From Tubulanus polymorphus (Eukaryota > Animalia > Nemertea), in contig NC_134035.1 of NCBI RefSeq assembly GCF_964204645.1, positions 3,658,001-3,722,000 of the forward strand: a DNA stretch of 64,000 nt, given 5' to 3'. Below are positions 1 to 13,375 of this stretch, one piece after another (position 1 is the first letter of the stretch; each line of letters opens with the position of its first letter). The position numbers and the translations under genes are program-made. The notes beneath the pieces are model-generated. The model was not told where the DNA came from. It ran no database searches and saw only the letters and a program-made list of their open reading frames with translations.

Positions 1-72
1 CCAGCCATTAATGAAAGACATCTCTTTTTCGTCTTTCAATCGCGCGTGTGGTATAAGGGGTCCGTGTATTAC

Positions 73-139
73 CTGCGACATGGCGCGCTTGGTTTCTCAT
101 CAAGACATCCATGTCGTCACCGGCTATCGGCAAACTCAT
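73..139 (-). CDS. Possible first coding exon of an unidentified gene extending left out of the window
   Basis: ATG at 139 reads MSLPIAGDDMDVLMRNQARHVA, followed by a CAG|GTAATA donor. No recognisable homology. Confidence 0.25.
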
Positions 140-574
140 ATCTCACCATCTTTCGGTGACATGCCACCACCCCCGAGTTCATTAGTATCAGACACCGACG
201 GCAACGCCGAACTTCCTAACTGCCGTTTCTCATAATAAACCTCATCTATCCGCAGAGGAAACCTCGACACCCGAATCGTTATGTAAATCGAATAGCCGCG
301 CGTTGCCGTCACTAATGGAATCGCTTTTATCGTACGATTAACGATCATATCGACTGAGAGATATATCGTTCGGCAGCGGCAACAACAACGCGGGATTATT
401 CGAATTCTTCGCGATGTATTCTAACAGTCCCCCGTTTTGTTTAACGCACCGCTCAAACGGTTCAAGCCGTCGCGAATGATGACTGATATTTTCCGAGGAT
501 GTTTCCGTGGCCGTTCCCATAGCTCGGGAAAGTGAAACTTTGGTTGTTTGTTACGAGATTGTTTTTAGAAGTTA

Positions 575-860
575 GAAATAGTAATAGTAATCTAACTTCA
601 ATAGCGTCCTTTTGACTTTTCACTGTGAAACAATGTTCAACGGCGCTTTCCTGGTAATCTTACCCCAGTCTACTCTACCATTTATCAGTCATCTCTCCCT
701 GGGGAAAAGTAACATCATCTACTAGGCGCTCTGGAGTCATCCATCAGGCGTACCCCATTTACTCCTGGGTTAAGAGAGGCAATAAGGATAAGTGTCTTGC
801 CCGGGGACACGACCTGGCTTCCCGGAGTCGAACGCTCAAACCACTCGCCCACACCGCACG
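575..860 (-). mobile_element. tRNA-derived SINE copy (CORE-like central domain, L2-like tail)
   Basis: On the minus strand: A-box-like TGGGCGAGTGG, central GTGTCCCCGGGCAAGACACTTATCC...CCCAGGAGTAAATGGGGTAC, and tail AAGCGCC...GCTATTGAAG(ATTACT)n. Homologous to 24057-24290. Confidence 0.7.
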
Positions 861-1607
861 CTCAAGTTGACACTCGAGCGATAACCCAGTAAGTGACCAC
901 GCAGAGTAGTTTAAGGAAAAAGAGAGATATGAACAAGACGCGTGTCGCTGGGTCTTATATACCCATAAAAAGAAAGGTTATCGTAAAATCTGAAACAATA
1001 GCCAGAAAGCTAGACAAATTATCAGTACTAACCATAATGACCACAGTTCACGGGATTGAGTGATTAGCCTATTGTGGCCTGTGCATTCGTCGTCTTATGG
1101 AACAGTATTCTCCATAGATTGATAGAAATGATGTGTATCTATATATCAAAACGAATTAACGAATTTGCGTCGAACTAGGATTGTTTAGCGGCGGGAAAAC
1201 ATCAGCTCCCGGGACGCAGATGATACCGACTGTTTGTCAAACAATATTCCCCGCAACGACGCTGCCGGGCAGCACGTTTCAAAAACATCACGAATATCCC
1301 CATTTCCCCAGCACCGATTAGTGTTATAGTCATACAGGTAAACACGAATAGGTGTTTATATCATCACAATGGTCACCGGCTATGCGGTCGGTTGATGCTG
1401 GAAATTACAGATAACTGAAAGTCGGCTCATGAAGGTGGTGTTTATTCATCATAATCAATGATGCTGATCTCGTGGCGATCTCGCGAACTCATGAAATCCG
1501 CTAGCGGTTTAACCACAATTAGAAGATTCGTAAGGGAGACGTGTTAAACGAAATCTACTAATTCATTAAATAACGGGGAAAATCCCTATTTCAGGGATCA
1601 GGCGTGA

Positions 1608-1775
1608 CGAGACGAACAGTACTTTAACGGTTAACTAGTTTATTAGACGCACGAGCTTTCGCTACTAATGTATAGTAGCATCATCTCTCATTCACCCGAT
1701 GAATCTACTATACATTAGTAGCGAAAGCTCGTGCGTCAAAGGAAATAGTTAACCTATGAAGTACTACTCGTTTCG
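1608..1775. repeat. Foldback (inverted) repeat, probably a Penelope-like element terminal remnant
   Basis: Perfect 33-bp arms GACGCACGAGCTTTCGCTACTAATGTATAGTAG / CTACTATACATTAGTAGCGAAAGCTCGTGCGTC, plus degenerate outer arms. Confidence 0.75.
1693..1733 (+). ncRNA. Minimal type I hammerhead-ribozyme-like motif (PLE type, CCGAUGA variant core)
   Basis: CAC-CCGATGA-AT-CTACTA(TACAT)TAGTAG-C-GAAA-GC-TC-GTG: 3-bp stem I, 6-bp stem II, minimal palindromic stem III. Confidence 0.55.
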
Positions 1776-2478
1776 TTATCATTTATTGCTTATTCATTAA
1801 TTCTGTACAAATTTTATAAACTATTTTTGCTAAAAAAATATATACCCCGCAAATGAGTAGAATAGATACAGTGAGACGATTAGCACTTTAAAGGTTGACA
1901 GTTTATTTCGCGCATCTATGTACTATTTAAAAGCCGCGATCACACGGAGATGATTTGGCACGGATCAGGCTCGGGCCAAATTTGACCCGTACCTAATTAG
2001 AGAGCGCGTTCACGCGCAAACCATTCACTCGATACTAAACAATACTCAAACAAAGCGAAATGGATCATTTTTGGCCCAGCACTGTATAACTCGAATCAAA
2101 ACTATAAAACTATGAATTACTAAATTCGTCGCGTCGCATTTAATCACATTAATGTGATTTACCGATACAATCCCCGGTGTGATTTGTGTACACCGAAACA
2201 ACCTGCTGCTATAGGTCGCCGCTATACGATTTCATCGGTGCATTCATCATTTTTATCGTAGATATATAACCGTTATTTTGCACAGGTGTTATTACGAAGT
2301 AGCACCGAGGCAAGTTCATGGATTTCCGAAATCCTGCCGTGAAATAAGCGACGCTTATTATAGTGAATATAACGGTTTGTGGATTTTCGATACAAGGCGT
2401 CAATTATGAAGATATTCTGTGGTGTTTTATCAGCTTGCTATATATATAATGGTGGCTGATAGATTCTTTTCTCGCTAA

Positions 2479-3024
2479 CGAAAAATCTCGGCGTGGCCCG
2501 AATCAGCCACCATAGCTTTCCGAAAAATCTCGGCGTAGCCCGAATCAGCCACCATAGCTTTCCGAAAAATCTCGGCGTAGCCCGAATCAGCCACCATAGC
2601 TTTCCGAAAAATCTCGGGGTGGCCCGAATCAGCCACCATAGCTTTCCGAAAAATCTCGGGGTGGCCCGAATCAGCCACCATAGTCTTCCGAAAAATCTCG
2701 GCGTAGCCCGAATCAGCCACCATAGCTTTCCGAAAAATCTCGGCGTAGCCCGAATCAGCCACCATAGCTTTCCGAAAAATCTCGGGGTGGCCCGAATCAG
2801 CTACCATAGCTTTCCGAAAAATCTCGGCGTAGCCCGAATCAGCCACCATAGCTTTCCGAAAAATCTCGGCGTAGCCCGAATCAGCCACCATAGCTTTCCG
2901 AAAAATCTCGGGGTGGCCCGAATCAGCCACCATAGCTTTCCGAAAAATCTCGGGGTGGCCCGAATCAGCCACCATAGCTTTCCGAAAAATCTCGGCGTGG
3001 CCCGAATCAGCCACCATAGCTTTC
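2479..3024. repeat. 42-bp tandem repeat, 13 near-identical copies
   Basis: Unit CGAAAAATCTCGG(C/G)GT(A/G)GCCCGAATCAGCCACCATAGCTTTC; 546 bp = 13 x 42. Confidence 0.95.
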
Positions 3025-5288
3025 GGGTTCCACGATAAGCGCTTAAGAAAATTGAGGTTGTAATTCTTTTTTTGCCATCTTTTTTCCGTGCTAGAAGGAA
3101 AATAATCTTCTTATTTTGATTCTGACGCAATCTTCGTGATTAAGGAAAACATAACATAACATCTGTATACGGCTATGGAAATTGTAGAGGCCTTCGTGAA
3201 ATACAGAGCGCTGCGGATTCATTACGCATAATCTGTGGCAGGATTGGGAAAGACCGTGTTTAAACTTTGTACACCAAGGGCGGCGCCACTATAGCCTGGA
3301 AAACCTGAGAACAAATCAGCGAAAACGCAGGGAATACGATATGTTTTGCAAAAAAAAGAATCTGACAAAACTCAGAGAATTCGGATATGTTATTGACCAC
3401 GCGTTTCTTTATCAATACGCGATTCATGAAAAATGAATGAATTAACATTTTCAGCCGGGAGATTCTCCATTGACCCGCAGCAGATTTATACTCTAGTATA
3501 AGATAACATGGAAAATCAGAGAATTTGTGAATTGGATGGGGGAGTGGCCACGACCGGTACAACGGGTGCATTCATCCGACGCTTATGAAGAATTAACATC
3601 ATTTTCACGTTAGATAGGCTGGCTACACCATACAGTGAACGTCGTCACGCTTTGATTAGAAATTCCTGACGGCTTTGTCATCTCTCGCGATTCGCGCTGC
3701 AAATTAAAACATTTTCCTTCATAATCCTATAGCGAATCCCAGGACGAGCTATAAATCCCGAATCGAAAGTCGATAAATCTGCCGCAGTGCGACGTGTTCT
3801 CTTTGAAGGCATGATAATGTTTGCGTTACAATTTACGAGGTGTCTTTGCCATTAGGCTCTGTCGATATTGTAGCTTCCTTTTCCGGCCGTTCTCCTCGTT
3901 CGTCGGCGTAGATCGCTAAGCGAGCTGAATTATGCGCCAAATATTGACACGTATCCCGACCAAGACATCTTGATATACGGATTATAGGTCGAGTCCCAAC
4001 TATTCTAACCTCGCTTCACGGTTGCTTTGACATTTTAAACATTGATACGTTGAAATATTCATTATCCGCCCATCGTATCGCGGCCACTGATGTACTAGCG
4101 TTTTATCTCGATTCATTATTTTGATGTCTCAATTTTATTCATGTATTCATCGAGCTTGGTGCAGAAAAAAAAACCATATATATCAGTCGTCTAGCTTCAA
4201 TGAAACACTCTGGGATAGCAGACAACCGAGTGCGAAAAGGTGACTTTGAGTTAACGATATTTAAACGACCTCGACTTTATCCTAGTAATATAGCCATCTT
4301 GATATGATGTGATTTATTTTTCGTATATGAAATTGTTACAGAATTCACGAATAAGCAATATACATTGAAAATGAGTATTAGATGAAGGACTGGTTTGAAG
4401 CAACAGTTTAGAAAACTAACTTGGAAGTTTTTTGACGCCTTGAAAAAAATTACACATTGTATGATAATAATGATCAATAAAGTTATTTCGGATTTGAATA
4501 TATCGATAATTGAATTGAATTGAGCGGCAACCAGTCTAGCCCCCATAAACTGATGACATAGTGCACATCCTCTCAAAAAAAAATTAAAAAAATAATAATC
4601 AAAATTTATCAAAAATGAAAAGAAAATAAGAATTTTAAGATATATCTTATTAAATAAATGCCAAAATTCACAATTATAATTCATATCGTGAAACGCCAAT
4701 ATTGATGATGTAGTACGCATCGGTTCGCACAGACTAATGACGCATACACTTGGTATCAATGTATAAAAACATTATTGTAACGGTGTTTGCGGCGTCAAAA
4801 AAGTTTCGATTTTTACTAAGCGGAATCGGATATCACCGTTCGTGACGATGCGATATGGTTTAGTTTTTTTCTGGCCGTTTCTCAATCGCTCGCAAATAAT
4901 CAAGAACCAGACGACATTTACTACATTAATTATCATACAACGGCAGTTGTTTATACAAAGTATCAGGAGATGCCGACAGAGTCGGTAGATAGATCGCGGA
5001 TATTTTATGAACTCATAAAATATCTAACGCGCACCTGAAAGTCCAATAACGCACCTGCCGAATGCGCCGTATTACTTCCGTATTGAGAAACATATACATT
5101 ATTCGCGAACTACACCTGGCTGCATTATGAATCTTTTATCGCGCCTAATCTTATATCGCGACCGACTTCGTGATGGATGGAGAGCTGTTTCGATGAAGTT
5201 TTCGCCACGGAGCCGTATATCGAAAAGTAAAGAAGTAACGCGCTGACGGCGGCGGGTGGTAAAAAGCGTAGCGAGGAATCATCGTCAT

Positions 5289-5291
5289 ACT

Positions 5292-5322
<31 letters not shown>

Positions 5323-5368
5323 GCTCTCTCTCTCTCTCTCCCTCGCTCTCTATCTCTCTCTCTCGCTC
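5289..5368. repeat. (CT)n microsatellite
   Basis: Interrupted CT dinucleotide run. Confidence 0.9.
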
Positions 5369-5760
5369 CGCAAATTTTCTGCATCTACTGGGGAGTTTTT
5401 CTTTGTGTATACCCTTTATCTGTTTTCCTTTCTCGCGGAAACGCGGTAAAGCTAGTGATGAAAGACACCTGCACTTTGCTTAATTAACAAACGTCTTGTG
5501 GCCAAATGAGTTTTTCCACTATACACAAAACTGCTGTTGACATCTCATCTAGTGGCGGACAGTCTGATGTGTGCATCGACGCGTTATGTCGTCGCCGTCT
5601 AAAATCAGCTTATGGTTTTGTATACGTGCGTGATGACAGAAAAACGGACCCTTGAATTAGAATTTAAGCTCCACAAAAAAAATGTACTATTCCTTAGGAG
5701 ACAAGGACCGAACTTACAAGGATCAGTGCAGTTTAGATGAATTGAAGAAAAACTAGAATA

Positions 5761-5936
5761 CAGTTAATCTCGCTTAACCCGGATTAACTGGGACCGGCTC
5801 AAATTGGTCCGAGATAAGTGAAATCCGAGTTAGGGATAGGAATACGTAAGGAAGTCATAAAAATTATTTCGTTTTTGTCCGAATTCGTCAGAAGTCTGAC
5901 TTGACCATGTCCGAGTATAAGGCATCAATCATACTG
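5761..5936. mobile_element. Tc1/mariner (pogo/Tigger-like) MITE
   Basis: TA|CAGT...ACTG|TA termini with degenerate TIRs and internal TCCGAGT repeats. Confidence 0.55.
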
Positions 5937-8900
5937 TACGTTTTTCCTGAGAGGAACAGTCACAGAAGGCTGCCAAGCGCCCTCACCGATGCTTAAAAGA
6001 ACTGCATTTTTAAGCTCGAAATTACAACATCGCAACCACGCCGATTTCGACTCGATATGGAGAGATATTGCATCAGAAAATCTGTGCATTCAATAATCAC
6101 CTCAGAACTATAAATCTATGATTTTATTCAAATTCCATTCCAAAAAAAAGATATCAGTTATGCAAATGATTAGTTTTCGACTTATTTTTACAAAAAGCCC
6201 ATATTTTATTCATGCGATTACGACAATGTGAATCAGAGGGATTGGCTTATTGAATATTCCATGTTAAATAATAAGCACGATTAATAGGTATGTGGCGTAT
6301 AGGGGGACTTATCATAGCAGTATATAGGAACGTATTTGACTACAGTTCCTGAGATTCGTAAATGTTGGGTCACGTCTTAGGTAATCCAAAAGTAGTATCC
6401 AAAAGGGAAAAGAAAGTTGTGCCGTACATTGATATGTCTATGTGTTTTTCCTATTTATTGTTAATTCCTTTTTTTTTTACTAAGCAAATGTTGTCGAGCA
6501 AAATAAACTAATATAAATCCTCCGAGTCAAAAGTGATGCAATACTGAATACCGAAATGTATTGAACTAGAATTCCGTTCTGCCAAACGGGTCACATACCG
6601 GTATATTATATCATATCATATCATTATCTGCCATGAAAAAGGTATTTGAGGCCTATGTACAGACAGTCTCATAGTTAAGATATCTAGTGTCCTTATCTGA
6701 TGTAGGTATTTAAAGTACCGACTCTTAAACTGTTCTTTATGAGCGTGCCGCTACGAAATAAGTCATAATTTTCGTCTAATGGTTTTGTCTAAAAGTTTCC
6801 TATAAAACGAGATTTTTCCCTTGATGTTGTTGTTAAAAATATCAGTGCACAGGCTGTTAACGTCACCACGCTGCAAGCTTTGTCATTCAGTCCCGTCAAT
6901 GAGTAATGTTCGCGTATATCCGCGTATATATCGTTTTCCGAACACGCTTCGCAGGGTTGACAAAGATCGGTGGCCGGCAGTGTAGCCGCCGCTGTCATTC
7001 CCCTGTCGTATAAATATGGGCGTAATAAGCTGACGGACTCGGCGAAATGAAGATAGTGACACCCGGTAACTGGAGCTAAGTGACTTCGGTTCCACGTGGA
7101 AATAACAGATAAGCGAAGTCAAGTGCCGCCTTGTTAAAGGAGTTGGTAGAACGTCGTAGATCAATCACAATATTCGTCGAACGAATGTTATACGTGCTCA
7201 CTTAACCCCCGGTCCCATTAACAAAACGTATACGGCGACAGTGCCTGATTACATTAGCGATACGGGCGCCGAAACGACTAAAAAGGTGAAACTTCTTTGA
7301 AAGGCGCCTCTCTCGCGATGCTCGTCATTTTTCGACGCTAATTTCCGCCGCGGCTCGTCAGACGAATAAAAAGAAAAATAACAAACAAACAAACACCTTG
7401 TATATATAGATATCTCCGTCGGATCCATGGGTTCAGATCTCGAAAAGGTAATTTCAACTCATTTGCGCAGATTAGAAAGGACGCGAGCTATCGAGCGCGG
7501 TTAGTGGATTATATACGGCCTCCGACTAACAGTAATCAGAGAATCATCTCCGCCCGTGCGAATCATCGCCGCCCGTCAGCGATTTTTCGTTTTATAAAAT
7601 TAATGCCTTCTGGCGCTATAGCGCGATCCGCTGATTACTGTCAGACGTTGTATCTAAATATATTCAAACTTCCGCGTCGTCGAAAACAAAATGACGTCAA
7701 TAACGGACAATTATTAATCTCTGATGATTATAACGACGGCTGTTGTTGCGGTTGGAAAACAAACCTTGATGTATTTCGCTTGGAACTTCGCGTTCGCGAA
7801 GGTGTGGTCCTTATTACTGCGCAATGCGACGATGGTCGATATTTTTAGAATAATGACGGTCGTCGCGTGAGATTCGGAGAATATTTCTCAACGCCATTTT
7901 GACATCTCGTCTCATTTCATTCAGTTTTATCGTAGCTTTGTATAGAGTACAGTACGACAAATCGTACATACGTGTATACCGGGCAATACAAAATAATGAT
8001 AATAATGAAAATTATAATGATACTGTTTTGAAATCTGTATAGCGTGTTTCTTTAAAAAAAATGTTATCCAGTGCTAATATGGTTAGCGAAAACTGCAGAT
8101 TAAGTCCATAACGCTTTATACAGAAAAGCAGACATTTCACGCTGTATTTTGTGTTCAGATCATCAATATTACGAATCTCCGAAAGAGTTCCACAAACAGA
8201 TAGCTCAATTTGCAATATGATTGAATAAGTACGTAGTAATAATAATCTAGTGATATAACGGTATAAATGAAGGTTCAAAAGCTGCTTTCGTGAATTTGCA
8301 TAGTTTCGGGGTTGTTGGGTTCGGCAGAGCGGTTTTCAGACAAACAAAATCGAACTGACAAAACCATCTGTCGTGAAACATCGGGCGCGGTCGTGTAAGA
8401 GTCATAAACTGTCTCCATTTCACTTCTCGTTCTACTGACAAAACCACCCGCAGAATCGGCAATTCGAAATAGAGAGAGAGAGAGTGAGGGAGAGTTGGGG
8501 GGAGGGGAGAGATCGAAGTGCAACTCATGACATGAAATAGACACATTAAATATAACAGTCAAGGAAATGAGATTTTCTAATCTCAAGCGCACGGGGGGAA
8601 GTGCATCGAAATTCGTCGGATCGGCTCCACTGGGTTCGCTAATTACTTTCCATGATTGCCACAATCATCGTACGTTCGAATTGCCTAAATATGGGCGCAC
8701 AAGTCATAACTAATCTGTCTATTAATCACACAAAGGGCAACCAGTCGGAAAAAACTAATCCGAATTTTGCGCGTTAAGCGCCGATAATTCATTAAGTTTC
8801 GACAATCGATCAGTTTCTAAACGACGCGCGGCGATAAGAACCGGGATCTAATTTCAGATCTTCCCCGTGTCGTCTCGGTATCTTGCCGGAGCAGGCGGAA

Positions 8901-10240
8901 CCGACCCTCCGGGACGCCGAACGGGTGAACTTTGCGCTTTCTGAACAAATAGATGAATAAATCTATTCGAAATCGTTTGATAGATACGCGCACACTTTCG
9001 CGTTTTAATGATATTTAACTTTCAAATGATATATTACGTTACGCCATGTAACAAATGCGAAAAGACGACGGCGCTTTGTAGTATTCGAAGTGACGAGAAA
9101 ACTTACTTTAAAGTTTATTGGCGCAGTGCGCACCAAACCCCTTTAATAACGCGTATATACTCTGTAGGCAGAGGGGATTACTGGGGTTACTGGTAAACCC
9201 CAATTTGGCGGATAGTGCCCTTTTTCTGAGATGTCCTATTTGATTTAAGCCCCCTTATACTTCTCTACCTTGGGCACACTTTCCACGAAAGCGCACTTTC
9301 ACATAGACACGGGGCACCTCTTTAACAAAAAGGGCATATTAGAGGGCACTTTTTCCACAAAAAGGGCACTAATTGACGCAAGGACAGTTTCCATGCATAC
9401 GCAATGAAACCATGGAACCAGAAAGCGCCCTTTTGTATCAAATTACCCCCACTCCCTAAATCTTGTCTATTGGCCTGGATATCACTCCATATAAACATTT
9501 TGTTTAAACGGTTTTTACGGCGTCAAAAAAACAACAGTACGCAGGCAAAGTTTGCAAGAAAATAATGTCACTGGGAATCGATTTATATCGTACATAAGTG
9601 CGTGTGTGTGCATGGCGCGCGGCAATTACTGTTTCAAACTGCTCGACACACATCCCTCCAGACTCGACGGCGTCGTGATGCGAAACGTTCTTTTTTTTCT
9701 TTCGATTTATCGATCGTCGCTAAAAGATTCTCCGCTCCGTCGATTGTATTCGGCCGGAAACGATTTCACACCTCCGTCGTCGTCTAGCCCTTTGTGTTTT
9801 GAACGTACACGGCAAATGAGTCTGTCCGGAGAATACCGGAAGCTGAGAACAATGTAGACAGCGGTTTCGAAGGGAAATCACGCGTGAGTTACGTTCTACT
9901 CTCACTTCCGGTAATGAAATGGCCCGAAAAAGAGAAATCTATCATTATGTGCATCTATCACATGGAAGAATGTCAATTTAGCGCAGTTTTACTTGCCGAA
10001 AATTAGCCCTGTCAGAGCCTTAACTAAAATTACGAATGTTTGGACTGTGATGCACAGAGGGGTTGGGTGTTGATCAAACACGTCTACCTGATTTGACCTA
10101 AGACTGTGGAGAGATGGAAACAGAAGTGGAGGGCTCCGATAAGTTACTGAGTAGCCGACGAGCGCGCTTAATGCTTGTAGTTAGGTGGCGCTAGCAACTA
10201 AAGAAATGATTCCCTTTTCACTAATTTGGATATAGCATCC

Positions 10241-10563
10241 TCCCTCGGCAGGGATTCGAACCTGATGGCATCGCTACAATCAGCCACGGCACACGAACCC
10301 CTGCCACAGTAGGTCGGGTGCGCAGGTACATGCGCAGCTTTGCCGCACGAAAACTTGCGGCACCAATAAGATTGATCGTTGTACAATCGCCGAGGTAAAT
10401 TTCACGGAAGAACTATAAATGGGAAAAACCATGATAAAATAAAACGGGATATCTCATTGGCAAATAATGACATCATAAGCTGCGCTTGTAGCTGTGCACT
10501 CGGTCTAGTGTGGTAGGGTTTCGTACTCTGGCAAACTCGATGCCATCAGGTTCGAATCTTGTC
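10241..10563. mobile_element. Dispersed foldback element with tRNA-like arms, copy 1
   Basis: Left arm GGGATTCGAACCTGATGGCATCG...GCGCAGCTT is the inverse of right arm AAGCTGCGC...CGATGCCATCAGGTTCGAATC; homologous to 13046-13375. Confidence 0.7.
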
Positions 10564-13045
10564 TTGTAGTTGTGACCACAACTACAAGACATGAACACGA
10601 AGCAGAAACATGAAACATGAACGCGTTTCTGACTTGTTTCGTGACTGTGCGTTTTCGCGTGTGCGTTGCTCCGAATCACGAAACGCTGTTTGCCGAAACA
10701 TTGTGTGCGGCAAGTTGGCCAACCGAATCATCGAAACGCAGAAACACGAATCTGTTTCGTAAAACGAGCTGAAGGCTTTAAGTTTGATTCGATAGTTGAC
10801 ATTAGTTTACTGGAGATATTTTAACCCTCTATAGTCGAATTCCTACCGATAACCGTGAAACTGTGTATGGATGATTGGGAAACGTTGGCGTCCAATTCGA
10901 TAGGATAGCAGTGAATATCGATAAACGATCAAAAGAAATTCAACAACGTCTTCATGGGTAAAATTGATGGCAAATTTGGCGATCTCGACTGTAGGAATAT
11001 TGAGTTAAAGCGTACATTGATAATAAAATGCCGTGTTTTCTGAGCACGGCCGACGCCTAATCGAATAAACACGCAATTTAGAAAACCGAGTTAAACTTAC
11101 GAGGGGGGCTCAGCTGCGAATGAATTCCGTAAATCTCCACCGCATCGGAATGACCATGAATTCTAACAAGCTTTCGTCCAATCACTCGATCTGAGATATG
11201 CCTTTAAGAGTGTTGCGACTCAATATCTTTTGACGATGATATGCTGATGGCGTACCCCTTTTTTGAGTTAAAACTTTAAGAAATAATTATCAAGAATGTA
11301 TTCCTTTTTATCTTGTATTACTCTTTATCTTATAATTCAAAAGGGCTTTATAGGGTACGAAGGTTAGCGACCGTTTTTTTTTCTTTTTATTTCGGAAGGA
11401 AAATATGTTTCGCAATCAAGAAATGTCACAACACTTTAGTTGACTGACGTTGACTCAACTCTACTAATTCAAATCTACGAGTGTTTCGACGTTTTTACCG
11501 ATAATTTGTTGTTATAGCGCGTTGTTAATGCTTCTGTTTTCCAGTGATTTTTTGCGGTTAATTCAATCAACGATATTCTGCGCGATAGAAGGTGGCCCGG
11601 GAGAATACTATACCACCGGGGACCTTTACGCGGCTCTGCACGCCCGACTCGAGCTGCGCGAAACAATGAAAATCTGATTTCCATAATTCATCGTCTTTCC
11701 ATAATTTGCGTTGCCGTAGATTACGCGTTTTCTTTTTGTTGGTCACCAAAAAAAAATCAGCGGATAATTATATCAAGCCGACAGACTTCAACAACGCGAG
11801 AACTTATTTCCTATTTTCTTCTTTGAAATCTTATAGTATTTATTATATGTATACTTTGTTCATCGATGGTAATCGAATACGGCGCCCGCCGCGAGTATGG
11901 TCGAAACCATTAAATGCGTAAGTGGCGATACTACCGCACACGATACGAATAAACTGCTATAATTTGTATTAATTTGTTGCGAACTGGGAACGCTTGTCCC
12001 TAGTGGATCCTAATGCGGTTTTTTTGGTAATTTTAGTCGAATTTGATTATTCAAGTGTACGATTATTTTGCGAAGTGAAATTCATTCATTCGTTCGTTCA
12101 TTTATGTCCTTCGCAGCTGATAAACAAAATACAAGACTTTCTTCTTCTATAACTAATCTAATTAATTAATGAGATACCCGCACCGCTACTGCGGCGAGCG
12201 AGTGTTTTCCGGTAGTCGTCCTCCATTACCGCAGTTTCTTCTACGTTTCAAGTTTGTCGGATGATTTTTTTCTCATTAGCAAATTAATCAACTATCGGCG
12301 AAAACTTTCAAGTCGATCTCTTACGTCTAGTCTAACATTCGGAATACAAACCGACCCTATCGACACGCCATCTAGTGAGTGCGTCGTCATCTCGTCGATA
12401 TTTCGAAGCCCGATTGAATCAGTTCTTGCAAATATCTATTAGTACAAACTTCATTTCAGTTGATTAGGTTTCGTTTCGGAAATCGTTCGGCGCGCCTTCG
12501 CGTTTGTACATTTTTTTTGCGTTTAAAAGGTGCTTTGGTTTTTACGGTAAACATGCATATTATGAATAATTAGATAACTACTCAATTAGCTGACATTCGT
12601 GTTCGCCGATACGTAGACACATAGCTTTATCTATGTCAGTAAGCTAACAGCTTGTGTTGGCGTCGATTAAAAAAAATGTCGTTTGGATCTATATACATCG
12701 GGGGGTCCCGTAAAAGTGATCCGCTCAACCAGATAAACCGAGTTCGTTGACTGAATTTTCACGAAATAACCGTTGGATATTGTCACAAAGTCCGCAAAAT
12801 ATCTGGAATATCGGTCAAAAAGCATGTATACGAACAATATCAGAGGAAATGAATGAGATTTGCCTTAGAGGTCACCTGTTTGATACGCTGTTTTGAGAAT
12901 TGGATATATAAGAATTTTCGCTTTAAATCATTCGCTGATGAGGCGGATATAATTATCTCAATGAATTCGGTGGTATCCGTCGCTGAGAAAGTTGTCGTCA
13001 AAAAGCGGGCCAATTCTCTGGGACGTCGACATCAGATATGCTTCC

Positions 13046-13375
13046 TCCCGCGGTAGGGACTCGAACCTGATGGCATCGCTAGACTCGGGCACGGTACGAG
13101 ACCCTGCCACACTAGACCGGGTGCGCAGGTTAATGCGCAGGTTAGCCGCAAGAAAACTTGCGGCACCAATCAGATTGCCTTTTGTGTTATCATTGAGGGA
13201 AATTTCACCGATGAATTATAAATAGAAAAACCCGGGCTAAAACAAAACGGGATTTCTGATCGAAATGGCTAATAATGACATCATCTAAGCTGCGCGTGAA
13301 CCTGCGCACTCGAGCTGCGGCAGGGTTTTGTACCGCGTCGAGTATCGATGCCATCAGGTTCGAATCCCTACCGGG
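13046..13375. mobile_element. Dispersed foldback element with tRNA-like arms, copy 2
   Basis: CGGTAGGGACTCGAACCTGATGGCATCG ... CGATGCCATCAGGTTCGAATCCCTACCG; shares the central spacer (GAAAACTTGCGGCACCAAT, TATAAAT, AAAACGGGAT) with copy 1. Confidence 0.7.

Noticed and set aside
2475-3130. 180-aa repetitive ORFs on both strands, or a CRISPR-like array
   Set aside because: This is a by-product of a 42-bp unit (a multiple of 3). There are no unique spacers or cas genes, and the context is eukaryotic.
10480-10563. Functional tRNA genes in the foldback arms (also 13290-13375 and 24057-24120)
   Set aside because: A B box is present, but the acceptor, anticodon and T stems do not pair properly; they are treated as tRNA-derived repeats.
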